Of a stretch of DNA of 64,000 nucleotides, positions 18,423 through 27,732 are shown piece after piece (the stretch's first letter is position 1; every line of letters starts with the position of its first letter). A program made the translations under genes and the position numbers. Source of the DNA: Candidatus Dormiibacterota bacterium (GTDB taxonomy: Bacteria; Chloroflexota; Dormibacteria; Aeolococcales; Aeolococcaceae); contig OY970355.1 of NCBI GenBank assembly GCA_963718525.1, positions 1,280,001-1,344,000 on the forward strand, given 5' to 3'. The notes beneath the pieces were generated by a model. That model had not been told where the DNA came from. It saw nothing but the letters and a program-made list of their open reading frames with translations, and did no database searches.

Positions 18423-19055
18423 GTGAGCGCGGCGGTCGTCGGATTCGGACTCGGGTTCTTCGTGGCGCTCCAGCTCGGCCCGATGTCGCTCTTCCTGATC
18501 AGGTCGACCCTTCGCGGTGGTTGGAGGGTCGGAATCGCGATTGGCGCGGGAATCGCCACGGTGGACGCCCTCTACGCCGCTGCCGGCGCGGGCGGCGCGA
18601 CGCCGCTGTTGACCCTGCATCCCCTCCGCCTCGTGCTCGGTCTCGTGGGCGCAGCCGTCCTGATGGCGCTCGGAGTCCGGACGCTGTACGGCGCGCTCCG
18701 GGTGAGGATCGGCGGCGAGGCACCCTTCGAGGTCGCGACGCCTCGGCGCGCGTTTCTCACGGCTCTTGGCGGGACCGCTTCCAACCCTTCCACCATCGTC
18801 TCGTGGGGCGCGATCTTCGCCGCTGCAACCACTGCCGGGCTCGTCCACACGACCGGGGCCGCGATTCTCCTGGTGTGCGGTGCCGGCATCGGCAGTCTGA
18901 CGTGGGTCAGCGTGCTTGCAACGGGGGTTGCCCTGGCCGGTGGGTCCATCGGCACGCGCGCGATCCGCGTCACCGATGGCGTCGCCGGCGCCGGATTGAT
19001 CGGATTCGGGGGGGTGCTCGCTTACCACACGCTGGCCGATCCCGCGAGGAGCTGA
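18423..19055 (+). CDS. LysE family translocator
   Basis: LGPMSLFLIRSTLRGG, GAGIATVDALY and TASNPSTIVSW; 6 TM helices. Confidence 0.85.
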   Translation: MSAAVVGFGLGFFVALQLGPMSLFLIRSTLRGGWRVGIAIGAGIATVDALYAAAGAGGATPLLTLHPLRLVLGLVGAAVLMALGVRTLYGALRVRIGGEAPFEVATPRRAFLTALGGTASNPSTIVSWGAIFAAATTAGLVHTTGAAILLVCGAGIGSLTWVSVLATGVALAGGSIGTRAIRVTDGVAGAGLIGFGGVLAYHTLADPARS

Positions 19056-19160
19056 TCCCGGGCTGCGCCGCCGCCGCCATGCAGCCTCCGACTGCCGGGT
19101 TCGGTCGCGAGTGGGTGACGGCACCAGAGCGCCGGATACGCCCGGGGTACAACGACGTCC

Positions 19161-20540
19161 ATGCCGTCGCCACGCTTCGCGGTCCGGTCCTTGCTCGCGC
19201 CTCCGACGGATGGTGCTGGGGGGCGCATCGCGATCGCCGGCATCGCCGGAATCCTGCTCACCGCGCCGCTTTCAATGCAGCAGGCTGTCGCGCCGTATCC
19301 GGTGCTCAGCTGGCTGCTCACCGGCTGCGGGGCTGTGCTTGCGGTCGCCAGCCTCCGCGCGTCGTGGTCGCCCCGCGCAGCCGTGACGCGTGGCGCGCTC
19401 GGCCTCCTGGTCGTCTTCTGCGCGGTATCCGGGGTGCTCGGCATCTCGCAGACGGTATCGAGCCTCCGGCAATCAGACCAGCAACTGGTCTGCCGCGACG
19501 ACGTGGCTCCAGACACGGTCGTCGGCGGACAGGAGGTGCTCAGCGGCGCTGACCCGTACACGTCGTTCAACCTGCTCACCGCGGAGCGCGCTCTCGGGTG
19601 TCCGAGCTACTCGGTAACCCCCCTGCATTCCGGCATCTTCGCCTCCTTCACCTCGCTCCCGACGGCAGCGCAGATCGACCGCGCCGCGGAGGCGACCCTG
19701 CAGGGAAGCAGCACCGGCGGTTTGCTCGTCGGCTTCAACTACCCGGCCGGGACGGCACTGCTCGGTGTCCTGGGTCCGCATGCGCTGGTGTTCATCTCGC
19801 CTCTGGTGCTGCTGCTCGCGGGGCTTGTCGTCGTGCGGCGGGCGCCGCCGCCCATGCGCCGTCCAATGATTCTCGCGCTCGGCGCGCAGGCGGGCTTGCT
19901 CGGCATCATCGGCGCAGCGCAAGCCGACGCCGTGGTAGCAGCGCTTCTCGTGATCGCGATCAGCAGCCGGCTCGGATGGGCGATGGGCATTGCACTGGGT
20001 GTGGCGTGCGCAATCAAGCAGACCGCGTGGTTCGTTGCCCCCGCGCTCCTCATCCTGGCATTGCGCGGGGGCAGGACTCGCGATCTCAGGTATCCGGCAG
20101 GCGCATTGCTCGGCTTCGCGGCGCTGAACGTTCCGTTCATCGCGGCCGGTCCTTCGGCGTGGATCACCGGCATCCTTCGCCCGCAACTGCAACCGGTGTT
20201 CCCGTTCGGTTTCGGACCCGGTGCGTTCGTACCGGCGGGGAGCAGCGCTGCCCTCGTCTTCTCGGTTCTGATGATCCTGGCCGTCATGGCGGGATGCGTC
20301 TGGTGCGCCGTCGCTCCCCGGCGATGGGCACCCGCGGGGATCATCGTTTCCAGCCTCGGACTGTGGGTCGGTCCGCGCAGCCTCGGCAACTATGTCGCGC
20401 TGCTCGGCGTGATCGCCGTCTGCGCTGTTGCCGGCTCGGCAGTCACACGGTCGGCACCCGTCCGAGCATCGCTTCGAGCAGGGCTGCAGTGGTTTCGTGT
20501 GGTAGCCCCGGCAGGAATCGAACCTGCGCACAAGGTTTAG
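19161..20540 (+). CDS. Polytopic membrane protein, probable GT-C glycosyltransferase
   Basis: GADPY, FNYPAG and AIKQTAW motifs, typical of GT87-like proteins. The last 41 nt overlap tRNA-Arg on the opposite strand. Confidence 0.7.
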   Translation: MPSPRFAVRSLLAPPTDGAGGRIAIAGIAGILLTAPLSMQQAVAPYPVLSWLLTGCGAVLAVASLRASWSPRAAVTRGALGLLVVFCAVSGVLGISQTVSSLRQSDQQLVCRDDVAPDTVVGGQEVLSGADPYTSFNLLTAERALGCPSYSVTPLHSGIFASFTSLPTAAQIDRAAEATLQGSSTGGLLVGFNYPAGTALLGVLGPHALVFISPLVLLLAGLVVVRRAPPPMRRPMILALGAQAGLLGIIGAAQADAVVAALLVIAISSRLGWAMGIALGVACAIKQTAWFVAPALLILALRGGRTRDLRYPAGALLGFAALNVPFIAAGPSAWITGILRPQLQPVFPFGFGPGAFVPAGSSAALVFSVLMILAVMAGCVWCAVAPRRWAPAGIIVSSLGLWVGPRSLGNYVALLGVIAVCAVAGSAVTRSAPVRASLRAGLQWFRVVAPAGIEPAHKV

Positions 20541-20574
20541 GAAACCTCTGCTCTATCCACTGAGCTACGGGGCC
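20500..20574 (-). tRNA. tRNA-Arg (anticodon CCT)
   Basis: Reverse complement GGCCCCGTAGCTCAGTGGATAGAGCAGAGGTTTCCTAAACCTTGTGCGCAGGTTCGATTCCTGCCGGGGCTACCA forms a cloverleaf with loop TT-CCT-AA, a TTCGA T-loop and an encoded CCA. Confidence 0.95.
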
Positions 20575-20756
20575 TCAAGAGGTTTTCCGAACTCAAGGCG
20601 ACTGTGTCCCGCCATTTGTACCACCATCAGACAGCAGTGCTCAGGACGGGTGGACGGGGTGCGGAGACCGGCAGCCGGTCGCGCACGCCATGATTGTGTC
20701 GAGATGTTGCGTCGCCGTCATCGCGCGCCAGCCGGCAGCGCGCAGAGTGGAAGCTC

Positions 20757-21371
20757 GTGAGCGAGATTGAGGTTTCCCCGCCTGACAGCTCCCCAATGGT
20801 TCATTCGACGGCGGATATCGAGCGTGGGGTCACGATCGGGTTGCGCACTCGGATTTGGGCTCGATCACACCTCCGCAGAGGCGCCTCCGTCGGAGATGAT
20901 TGCGTCATTGGCGAGAACGTCCTCATCGATCTCGATGTGCAGATCGGCAGCCGTTGCAAGATTCAGAGCAATGCCCTTCTCTACCACGGCACGGTGCTCG
21001 AGGACGAGGTATTCGTCGGACCGGCCGCATGCTTCACCAATGATCGCTATCCTCGCGCGGCAACCCCGGACGGGCAACTCAAGGACGATTCGGACTGGGT
21101 GGTCTCAGGGGTGATGGTCGAGCGTGGAGCCGCCATTGGCGCGCATGCGGTGGTGGTTGGTGGGGTCCGCCTCGGTGCATGGTCGATGGTCGGCTCCGGG
21201 GCGGTGGTGACACGCAGCGTGCCTGCTCATGCAATCGTCGTGGGCAACCCGGCTCGACGCATCGGATGGGCGTGTCGGTGCGGTCACCCCCTTGACGCAG
21301 CGCTCGTGTGCGCCACCTGTGGTACCCGCCACGCCCTGGTCGGCGACACCGTAACGGTCGTTGTAACTTGA
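20757..21371 (+). CDS. Hexapeptide-repeat (left-handed beta-helix) N-acyltransferase, WbpD-like, with C-terminal Cys-rich ribbon
   Basis: VHSTADIE, VGDDCVIGENV, FVGPAACFTND, VVGNPARRIGWACRCG...CATCG. Confidence 0.85.
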   Translation: MSEIEVSPPDSSPMVHSTADIERGVTIGLRTRIWARSHLRRGASVGDDCVIGENVLIDLDVQIGSRCKIQSNALLYHGTVLEDEVFVGPAACFTNDRYPRAATPDGQLKDDSDWVVSGVMVERGAAIGAHAVVVGGVRLGAWSMVGSGAVVTRSVPAHAIVVGNPARRIGWACRCGHPLDAALVCATCGTRHALVGDTVTVVVT

Positions 21372-21375
21372 CGAG

Positions 21376-21750
21376 GTGACCGCATTGGCCCCTCATGACC
21401 GTTTCGCGCTCAGTTTCGACCTCGAGGCGCGCGACTGGCTGAGCAGGCATCAAAAGGCGTCGCGCCTGTACATCGCATTCATGTCGTCACGAGCGTGCTG
21501 TTCCGGCGCTCAAGTATGTGATGTCCGCGTGCGCGTCGAGGCCACAACGTCGCAACCCGCAATTCGGAGCGCTTCCTGGATCACGCTGGGGTCGGTGCAC
21601 GGATATGAGGTGATGCTGGATTCGCGTCTCGCGGATCGTATGCCCAGCCAGATTCGGTTTACCAAGCGGGGAGTCGGTCCCTTCCAGCGTCTCGATCTCG
21701 ACTTCAGCGGTGAGCAGTGGGCCGACATGCTCTACCCGGTCGCGCGCTGA
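21376..21750 (+). CDS. Hypothetical protein with a vicinal CC motif (HesB/CC-motif-like)
   Basis: 124 aa containing RACCSGAQVC, located 4 nt after the acyltransferase stop. Confidence 0.6.
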   Translation: MTALAPHDRFALSFDLEARDWLSRHQKASRLYIAFMSSRACCSGAQVCDVRVRVEATTSQPAIRSASWITLGSVHGYEVMLDSRLADRMPSQIRFTKRGVGPFQRLDLDFSGEQWADMLYPVAR

Positions 21751-21776
21751 CGCGCGATATCGCGGGAATAAGACCG

Positions 21777-21851
21777 TCGGGAAGGGGAGATTCGAACTCC
21801 CGACCTCACGGTCCCGAACCGTGCACTCTAACCTGGCTGAGCTACTTCCCG
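21777..21851 (-). tRNA. tRNA-Pro (anticodon CGG)
   Basis: Reverse complement CGGGAAGTAGCTCAGCCAGGTTAGAGTGCACGGTTCGGGACCGTGAGGTCGGGAGTTCGAATCTCCCCTTCCCGA with stem CACGG/CCGTG and loop TT-CGG-GA; CCA is not encoded. Confidence 0.95.
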
Positions 21852-21971
21852 GTGCCCGGCCCGGATGATACCACCCGCCTCAACGAGCCCTGGAAACGCG
21901 CCGACATCGTCGCCGCGGGAATCGCATACTGAAGCCATCGCGCGGTGCCGCCGCGCCAGGAGTCCAGGCAT

Positions 21972-22562
21972 ATGGGTCGCATCACCATCGACATGACCAT
22001 CAATGCTCCCGTGACCACAGTGTTCGCATATGTCGACGACTATCGCAACACCACCAGATACATGAAGGACCTGGTCAAGTGGCAACCAACAGGCAAGGTC
22101 ACTCACGGAAAGGGCGCGCGGTTCGATGTCGGCATGAAGGCAGGCCCGACCACGCTCAGCTCTGTCGTCGACATCACCACGTGGACCGAGAACAAGGCGA
22201 TCGGGTGGCGGTCCAATGAAGGTTTCAAACAGATCGGGACATGGGCGTTCGCGCCCAAGGGTGAGAAGACGCAGGTGACGTTCGACATGGAGTACGAGTT
22301 CGGCGGCGGGATCGCCGGCAAGTTGCTGGGCCGCGCGGCCGAACCCATCGTGCGGGGCAATCTGCAGCGATCCGTCGAGACGCTGAAGTTGCACACGGAG
22401 AAGCTCGCCGGACCACGTTCAACGGGGAAAGCGGCACCGAAGGCCACCACAAAACCTGCAACAAAGGCTGCGACGCGGGCCGCCGGAAGCACCACAAAAT
22501 CTGCAACAAAGCCAGGCACACAGCCAAGATCGAGGGCGAAGAAGCCGTCAAGAAACGCTTAG
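21972..22562 (+). CDS. SRPBCC (START/polyketide cyclase) family protein with Lys/Ala/Thr-rich tail
   Basis: INAPVTTVFAYVDDY, GTWAFAP, VTFDMEY; tail AAPKATTKPATKAAT...AKKPSR. Confidence 0.85.
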   Translation: MGRITIDMTINAPVTTVFAYVDDYRNTTRYMKDLVKWQPTGKVTHGKGARFDVGMKAGPTTLSSVVDITTWTENKAIGWRSNEGFKQIGTWAFAPKGEKTQVTFDMEYEFGGGIAGKLLGRAAEPIVRGNLQRSVETLKLHTEKLAGPRSTGKAAPKATTKPATKAATRAAGSTTKSATKPGTQPRSRAKKPSRNA

Positions 22563-22607
22563 AATGAGTTCGTTCCCGGCGCAGCCGCCCGGGCGAGGAG
22601 CGAGAAC

Positions 22608-23525
22608 ATGACGAGCGACAAGACTGCAGCCAACGGACACGAGCCGCATACCGGCGGCGTGCGGGTGAAGCGCGGCCTTGCCGAGATGCTGAAAGGCGGC
22701 GTCATCATGGACGTCGTCACAGCCGAGCAGGCCAGGATCGCCGAGGATGCAGGCGCTGTCGCGGTCATGGCGCTCGAGCGCGTCCCGTCCGACATCCGTC
22801 GCGACGGCGGCGTGGCGCGGATGAGCGACGTCACCCTCATCAAGGAAATCATCGCGGCGGTGACGATTCCGGTGATGGCGAAGGCGCGCATCGGACACTT
22901 CGTCGAGGCGCAGGTGCTGCAATCCCTCGGAGTCGATTACATCGACAAGTCCGAGGTGTTGACTCCGGCTGACGAGGAGCACCACATCGACAAGTGGCAG
23001 TTCGACGTACCGTTCGTCTGCGGAGCGCGGGATCTCGGCGAGGCGCTGCGGCGCATCGGCGAAGGCGCGGCGATGATCCGCACCAAGGGCGAGGCTGGGA
23101 CCGGCAACGTGGTCGAGGCGGTGCGCCACATGCGCGCAGTGCAGGGTGGCATCCGCCGCATCGCCTCGATGCGTCCCGAGGAGTTGATGGCCGAGGCCAA
23201 GCACCTCGGCGCACCCTTCGACCTCGTCCAGGAGATTCATCGCACCGGGAAGCTCCCGGTTGTGAATTTCTCGGCCGGCGGGATCGCCACTCCGGCTGAT
23301 GCGGCGCTGATGATGCAGCTCGGATGCGACGGCAACTTCGTCGGCAGCGGCATCTTCAAGAGCACCGATCCCCCAGCCTATGCGAAGGCAATCGTCGCCG
23401 CGACGACGTACTTCGACAAACCCGAGGTCATTGCCGAGGTGAGCGCCGGCCTGGGCAAGGCGATGCCTGGGCTCGACGTGGCATCGATGCCGGCCGGCGA
23501 GCTGCTCGCAAGCCGGGGCTGGTAG
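22608..23525 (+). CDS. pdxS: Pyridoxal 5'-phosphate synthase, lyase subunit
   Basis: [64 protein letters not shown]. Confidence 0.97.
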   Translation: MTSDKTAANGHEPHTGGVRVKRGLAEMLKGGVIMDVVTAEQARIAEDAGAVAVMALERVPSDIRRDGGVARMSDVTLIKEIIAAVTIPVMAKARIGHFVEAQVLQSLGVDYIDKSEVLTPADEEHHIDKWQFDVPFVCGARDLGEALRRIGEGAAMIRTKGEAGTGNVVEAVRHMRAVQGGIRRIASMRPEELMAEAKHLGAPFDLVQEIHRTGKLPVVNFSAGGIATPADAALMMQLGCDGNFVGSGIFKSTDPPAYAKAIVAATTYFDKPEVIAEVSAGLGKAMPGLDVASMPAGELLASRGW

Positions 23526-23622
23526 GGCTCCGCGGTCTGCCCGGCGGCGTACACTAAAGCCGTGCGAATGACGCGAAGCCTGCCCCGCCAGGGACGGAGC
23601 GCGAGCGTCCGCTGAGAGGGAG

Positions 23623-24228
23623 TTGACCATCCTTCGGGTAGGCGTCCTCGCCCTGCAGGGCGACGTCCGGGAACACCTGACGGCACTTCGTGGCTGTGGC
23701 GCGGAGGCTTCCACCGTGCGGACGCCAGCTGAGCTGGATGCTGTCGATGCGCTCGTGCTTCCGGGTGGCGAGTCGACGACGATGAGCCGGCTGCTCCAGG
23801 TGTTCGACCTCGAGATGCCGCTCCGCGAGCGCCTGGCCGCCGGAATGCCCACGCTATCGACGTGCGCCGGGCTGATCCTGATGAGCCGCGACGTGCTCGA
23901 CGGCCGGCCCGATCAGATCGCACTTGGGGTGCTTGATCTCGGCGTCAGGCGCAATGGGTATGGACGGCAGGTCAACTCGTTCGAGGCCGACCTTCCGGTT
24001 GCGCCGCTGGGCGTCGCTCCGTTTCACGCAGTCTTCATCCGAGCGCCCTTGATCGTGCGCACCGGCCCGGAGGCGGAGGTTGTTGCCACCTTCGGCGACA
24101 ACGCCGTTGCGGTCGTGCAGGGACCCCATATCGGTCTCTGCTTCCACCCCGAGATGACCGACGACTCCCGGCTGCATCAGCTGTTCCTGGAGCGCGCGGC
24201 CGCTGCGCTGGAGGTCAACGCCGCGTGA
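23623..24228 (+). CDS. pdxT: Pyridoxal 5'-phosphate synthase, glutaminase subunit
   Basis: GVLALQGDVREH, PGGESTT, TCAGLI, RRNGYGRQVNSFE, FIRAP, FHPE; TTG start with GAGGGAG RBS. Confidence 0.95.
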   Translation: MTILRVGVLALQGDVREHLTALRGCGAEASTVRTPAELDAVDALVLPGGESTTMSRLLQVFDLEMPLRERLAAGMPTLSTCAGLILMSRDVLDGRPDQIALGVLDLGVRRNGYGRQVNSFEADLPVAPLGVAPFHAVFIRAPLIVRTGPEAEVVATFGDNAVAVVQGPHIGLCFHPEMTDDSRLHQLFLERAAAALEVNAA

Positions 24229-25319
24229 TCATCCGCTCGGCATCCTTTCGCGACCTCGCACGGATCGAGCAGCTGTACCGGGAAGCCACTGAGGACGAGC
24301 GCCACGGGGCGCAGATGACCCCTGACAGTCCAGTGCCTCAGGCGACGCTGATGCGCCTGTGGCAGGCGGTCACGAAATCGCTCTCCTCGTTGGTTCCGAT
24401 CACCGATGTTTCGGAGGAGATGCTCGTCGCCGAGGATGCGAAGGAGGGGGTTGTCGGTTTCGTGCAGGTGCAGTCGCTGTCGGTGCGACCGCGCTCGTGG
24501 CAGATCCTCAACCTGTGCACGTCGACGACAGCGCACGGCCACTTCGCGCGGGCCGAGCTGCTCGACGGAGTGCGCAACCGAGGTCTCGAGCACGGTGTGC
24601 AGCGCGTCCACGTGCGTCTGCCCCTCGACCATCCACTGCTCCCCGTCTTTCTCGAGCACGGATTCACGCAGTTCGCCACCGAGCAGATCCTCTATCGCGA
24701 CCAGGCGGCGGCCGACCCCGAACCAGCGGTGAAGTCGGTCCTGATCCGTCCTGCACGGCGAGATGACATCGCTGCGATCTACCTGCTCTACCTGCGCACC
24801 ACGCCTTCGCAGGTCGCCGCCGTCGAGGGGCCGTCGCTCAAGACGTGGCAAGCGGGATACGCGCAGGGCCTCATCGCCGCCCTCGGTCGCGACAGCGTGC
24901 GCCACCTGGTCGTCGAACGTCCCGGCATCGTTGCGTGGGCGGCGATCAGGCAGCCGACAGCGGCACAGCCGGCGGGTCTCAGCATGATGTGTGAGGGCCA
25001 TGATCCCGCGTTGCGTGACGCAATCATCGACGCGGTGCTCGCAGAGCTGCCGTCAGGACCCGCTTCCTGCGTGCTCCGCCACTATGACTCCGAGCTCATC
25101 CGTGCGCTGCAGCAACGCGGATTCGCGGTGTACGGCACGCAGCTGCTGCTGATCAGTGAGCTTGGTGAAAAGGTGCGCATCAACGCGCCGACGCGGCGCA
25201 AGAAGCCGGTCCTCGTGCACGCCGGGATCGCCCGCAGCGTTCCGTCACCAAGCCCGTCGGTTCCACTCCGCGTCTTGTCAACGACCACACCGAGGAGACA
25301 GAGATCGTCGCTCAGATGA
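24225..25319 (+). CDS. Hypothetical protein, probable tandem GNAT-fold
   Basis: Two GNAT-like starts ([17 protein letters not shown]; [17 protein letters not shown]) and FLEHGF / LQQRGF motif-B-like ends; GTGA-coupled to pdxT. Confidence 0.6.
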   Translation: MIIRSASFRDLARIEQLYREATEDERHGAQMTPDSPVPQATLMRLWQAVTKSLSSLVPITDVSEEMLVAEDAKEGVVGFVQVQSLSVRPRSWQILNLCTSTTAHGHFARAELLDGVRNRGLEHGVQRVHVRLPLDHPLLPVFLEHGFTQFATEQILYRDQAAADPEPAVKSVLIRPARRDDIAAIYLLYLRTTPSQVAAVEGPSLKTWQAGYAQGLIAALGRDSVRHLVVERPGIVAWAAIRQPTAAQPAGLSMMCEGHDPALRDAIIDAVLAELPSGPASCVLRHYDSELIRALQQRGFAVYGTQLLLISELGEKVRINAPTRRKKPVLVHAGIARSVPSPSPSVPLRVLSTTTPRRQRSSLR

Positions 25320-26980
25320 TGCCCTACGGATCCTCGTGGGAAGAGGAGCTCAACCTGCTGTTCGCAGCGCTCCCGCCCCGCATCGCCGCCGCCGCGCAAC
25401 GTCTCTCGCAGGGACGGGGCGACCTCCTCGAGGTGGTGCTCGACCTCGGCCGTGAGCCCGAGGCGAGGTTCACCGACGGTGAGGCGATCCTCAACTCCGC
25501 CAACGTCGGCAACGCCGAGATCGACTACGTGACCGAGCACGTCGGCCTCTTCGGTGATGACAACCGGGCGGGCATCGAGCGCACGTTGCACCGGATCAGC
25601 GCGATTCGCAACCGCAAGGGGAACATCGTGGGACTGACCTGCCGGGTGGGCCGCGCGGTCACCGGAACCATTGACATCATCAAGGACATGGTCATCAGCG
25701 GCCAGTCGATCCTGCTGCTCGGACCTCCGGGTATCGGCAAGACGACGATGCTGCGCGAATGCGCGCGCGTGCTCAGTGACGAGTGCGGCAAGCGCGTGGT
25801 CATCGTCGACACGTCGAACGAGATCGCCGGCGATGGGGACATCCCGCACCCGGGCATCGGGCGTTCGCGCCGGATGCAGGTTCGGACACCGGCGCTCCAG
25901 CACGCGGTGATGATCGAGGCGGTCGAGAACCACATGCCGCAATGCATCGTCATCGACGAGATCGGCACCGAGCTCGAGGCGGTCGCGGCCCGGACGATCG
26001 CCGAGCGTGGCGTGCAACTGGTAGGTACGGCCCACGGGTCCAACATCGATTCCCTGCTCGTGAACCCGACGCTCAACGATCTCCTTGGCGGGATCCAGAC
26101 GGTGACGCTGTCGGACGAAGAGGCGCGCCGCCGCGGCACGCAGAAGTCGGTGCTCGAGCGCAAGTCTCCGCCGACGTTCGACGTGCTCATCGAGATCCAG
26201 GAGCGCGACCGGGTGGTCGTGCACGCGCCGCTCGCGGAGACGGTCGACGAGGCGCTGCGCGGCCGGGTTCGCCCTCCGCAATTGCGAACCCGCGACGACA
26301 CCGGCGCAATCGTCAGCCGGGTCGACACGAGCGCGGCAGCGACGCGTCCATCGCCGTTCGAGCCGGCACCCTTCCCAGGCGGCGGACGTGGTGGGAGGCG
26401 CACTCGCGAGCGACGGCGGCGCTTCGATGTCGACGAGTACATCGCCGGGCAGCAGCGCCGCGAACGGGAGTGGGAGCCACCCGCTCCGTCGGTTCGACCG
26501 GGTCCGCCGCTCTCGATCTTTCCCTACGGGGTCTCGCGCAGTTATCTCGAGCAGTCACTTCGGGAGATGCGTCTGCCCGTTCGCATCCAGCATCACGTCG
26601 ACGATGCCGACCTCGTGCTGACCTTGAAGAACTACTACCGCCGCCACGATTCGCCGGTACGCGCCGCGGAGTCCTCGGGCATCCCGATCCATGTGCTCCG
26701 CAGCAACACGGTTGCGCAGATTAAGGGTGCGCTCGCTCGTGTGTACGGCGTTGATGCTCCTGTGGAGACCGACACCGCCGATGACACCGAGCCGGCGATG
26801 CAGGATGTGCTCGAGGGGATCGAGCAGATGCAACGAACCGGTAACGACGTCGAGCTCACCCCGCAGAATGCGTACGTGCGCAGGCTCCAGCACCAGCTCG
26901 TGGAACAGCACGCGCTCACGGCACGCAGCACCGGTGACGAACCCAACCGAAAACTCGTCATACTTCGACCTTCGGAATGA
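25316..26980 (+). CDS. AAA ATPase with C-terminal R3H domain (SpoIIIAA/Ycf45-like)
   Basis: [59 protein letters not shown]; R3H motif [11 protein letters not shown]...[10 protein letters not shown]. Confidence 0.9.
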   Translation: MMPYGSSWEEELNLLFAALPPRIAAAAQRLSQGRGDLLEVVLDLGREPEARFTDGEAILNSANVGNAEIDYVTEHVGLFGDDNRAGIERTLHRISAIRNRKGNIVGLTCRVGRAVTGTIDIIKDMVISGQSILLLGPPGIGKTTMLRECARVLSDECGKRVVIVDTSNEIAGDGDIPHPGIGRSRRMQVRTPALQHAVMIEAVENHMPQCIVIDEIGTELEAVAARTIAERGVQLVGTAHGSNIDSLLVNPTLNDLLGGIQTVTLSDEEARRRGTQKSVLERKSPPTFDVLIEIQERDRVVVHAPLAETVDEALRGRVRPPQLRTRDDTGAIVSRVDTSAAATRPSPFEPAPFPGGGRGGRRTRERRRRFDVDEYIAGQQRREREWEPPAPSVRPGPPLSIFPYGVSRSYLEQSLREMRLPVRIQHHVDDADLVLTLKNYYRRHDSPVRAAESSGIPIHVLRSNTVAQIKGALARVYGVDAPVETDTADDTEPAMQDVLEGIEQMQRTGNDVELTPQNAYVRRLQHQLVEQHALTARSTGDEPNRKLVILRPSE

Positions 26981-27024
26981 GCCGTTCGGGCAAGGGGCCC
27001 GACGGCGGGGGAGTAGTGATCCGT

Positions 27025-27732
27025 ATGAGCGCATGGCGCGGTTTTTTCATCTCGTTCGAAGGACTTGATGGTGCGGGGAAGAGCACTCAGGTAGCAGCCC
27101 TTGCGGGTGCGCTGCGTCAGCAGGGCCACGACGTCGTGACGGTACGACCGGACGAGACGCCGCTCGGCGAGATCCTGCACAGCTTCGTGCTGCAGCACCA
27201 GCGAGGGCCGGCGCTCGAAGCCTGGGCTGAGGCGCTCCTGTTCACGGCCGAACGCGTGCAGCTGCTGCACGAAACCATTCTGCCCGCGCTGCGCCGCGGC
27301 GCTGTGGTGATCGCCGACCGCTATGCCGATTCGACGATCGCGTACCAGGGCGGCGGACGAGGGATCCCGACCGCAGACCTGCTCCGGCTTCACGCGGCCG
27401 CATGCGGTGACGTCTGGCCGGATCTCACCATCTACCTTGCAATCCCCGCATCGTCGGCGGCGCAGCGGCAGCGAGCGCAGCAGTTGCCGCTCGATCGCTT
27501 CGAGGTCGCACCCGAGACGTTCCACGCGGCAGTCGAGGCCGGGTTCGAACAGTTGGCTGCGCAGCATCCACGCAGATTCGTGCGCATCGACGCGACCCGA
27601 CCCGCGATCCTGGTGTCCCGCGATGTGGAGAAGGTCATCGTGCAGCGACTTCCGGCGCCGGCACCTGTGTCGCCCGCAAGGAATTCCGGCGGTTTCGAGT
27701 CCAGCCCCTACGGGAGCGCACCGGTCGGCTGA
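27025..27732 (+). CDS. tmk: Thymidylate kinase
   Basis: FISFEGLDGAGKST, EALLFTAER, VIADRYADSTIAYQGGGRG, PDLTIYL. Confidence 0.93.
   Translation: MSAWRGFFISFEGLDGAGKSTQVAALAGALRQQGHDVVTVRPDETPLGEILHSFVLQHQRGPALEAWAEALLFTAERVQLLHETILPALRRGAVVIADRYADSTIAYQGGGRGIPTADLLRLHAAACGDVWPDLTIYLAIPASSAAQRQRAQQLPLDRFEVAPETFHAAVEAGFEQLAAQHPRRFVRIDATRPAILVSRDVEKVIVQRLPAPAPVSPARNSGGFESSPYGSAPVG

Noticed and set aside
14080-21776. An intact genomic island or prophage anchored at the tRNAs
   Set aside because: No integrase, no duplicated tRNA end seen and no phage genes. The glycosylation genes look host-like in composition. Only a possible small remnant is reported.
9550-26980. SpoIIM and SpoIIIAA-like names as evidence of sporulation
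   Set aside because: Both families are widespread in non-sporulating bacteria, and no other sporulation genes are present in the window.
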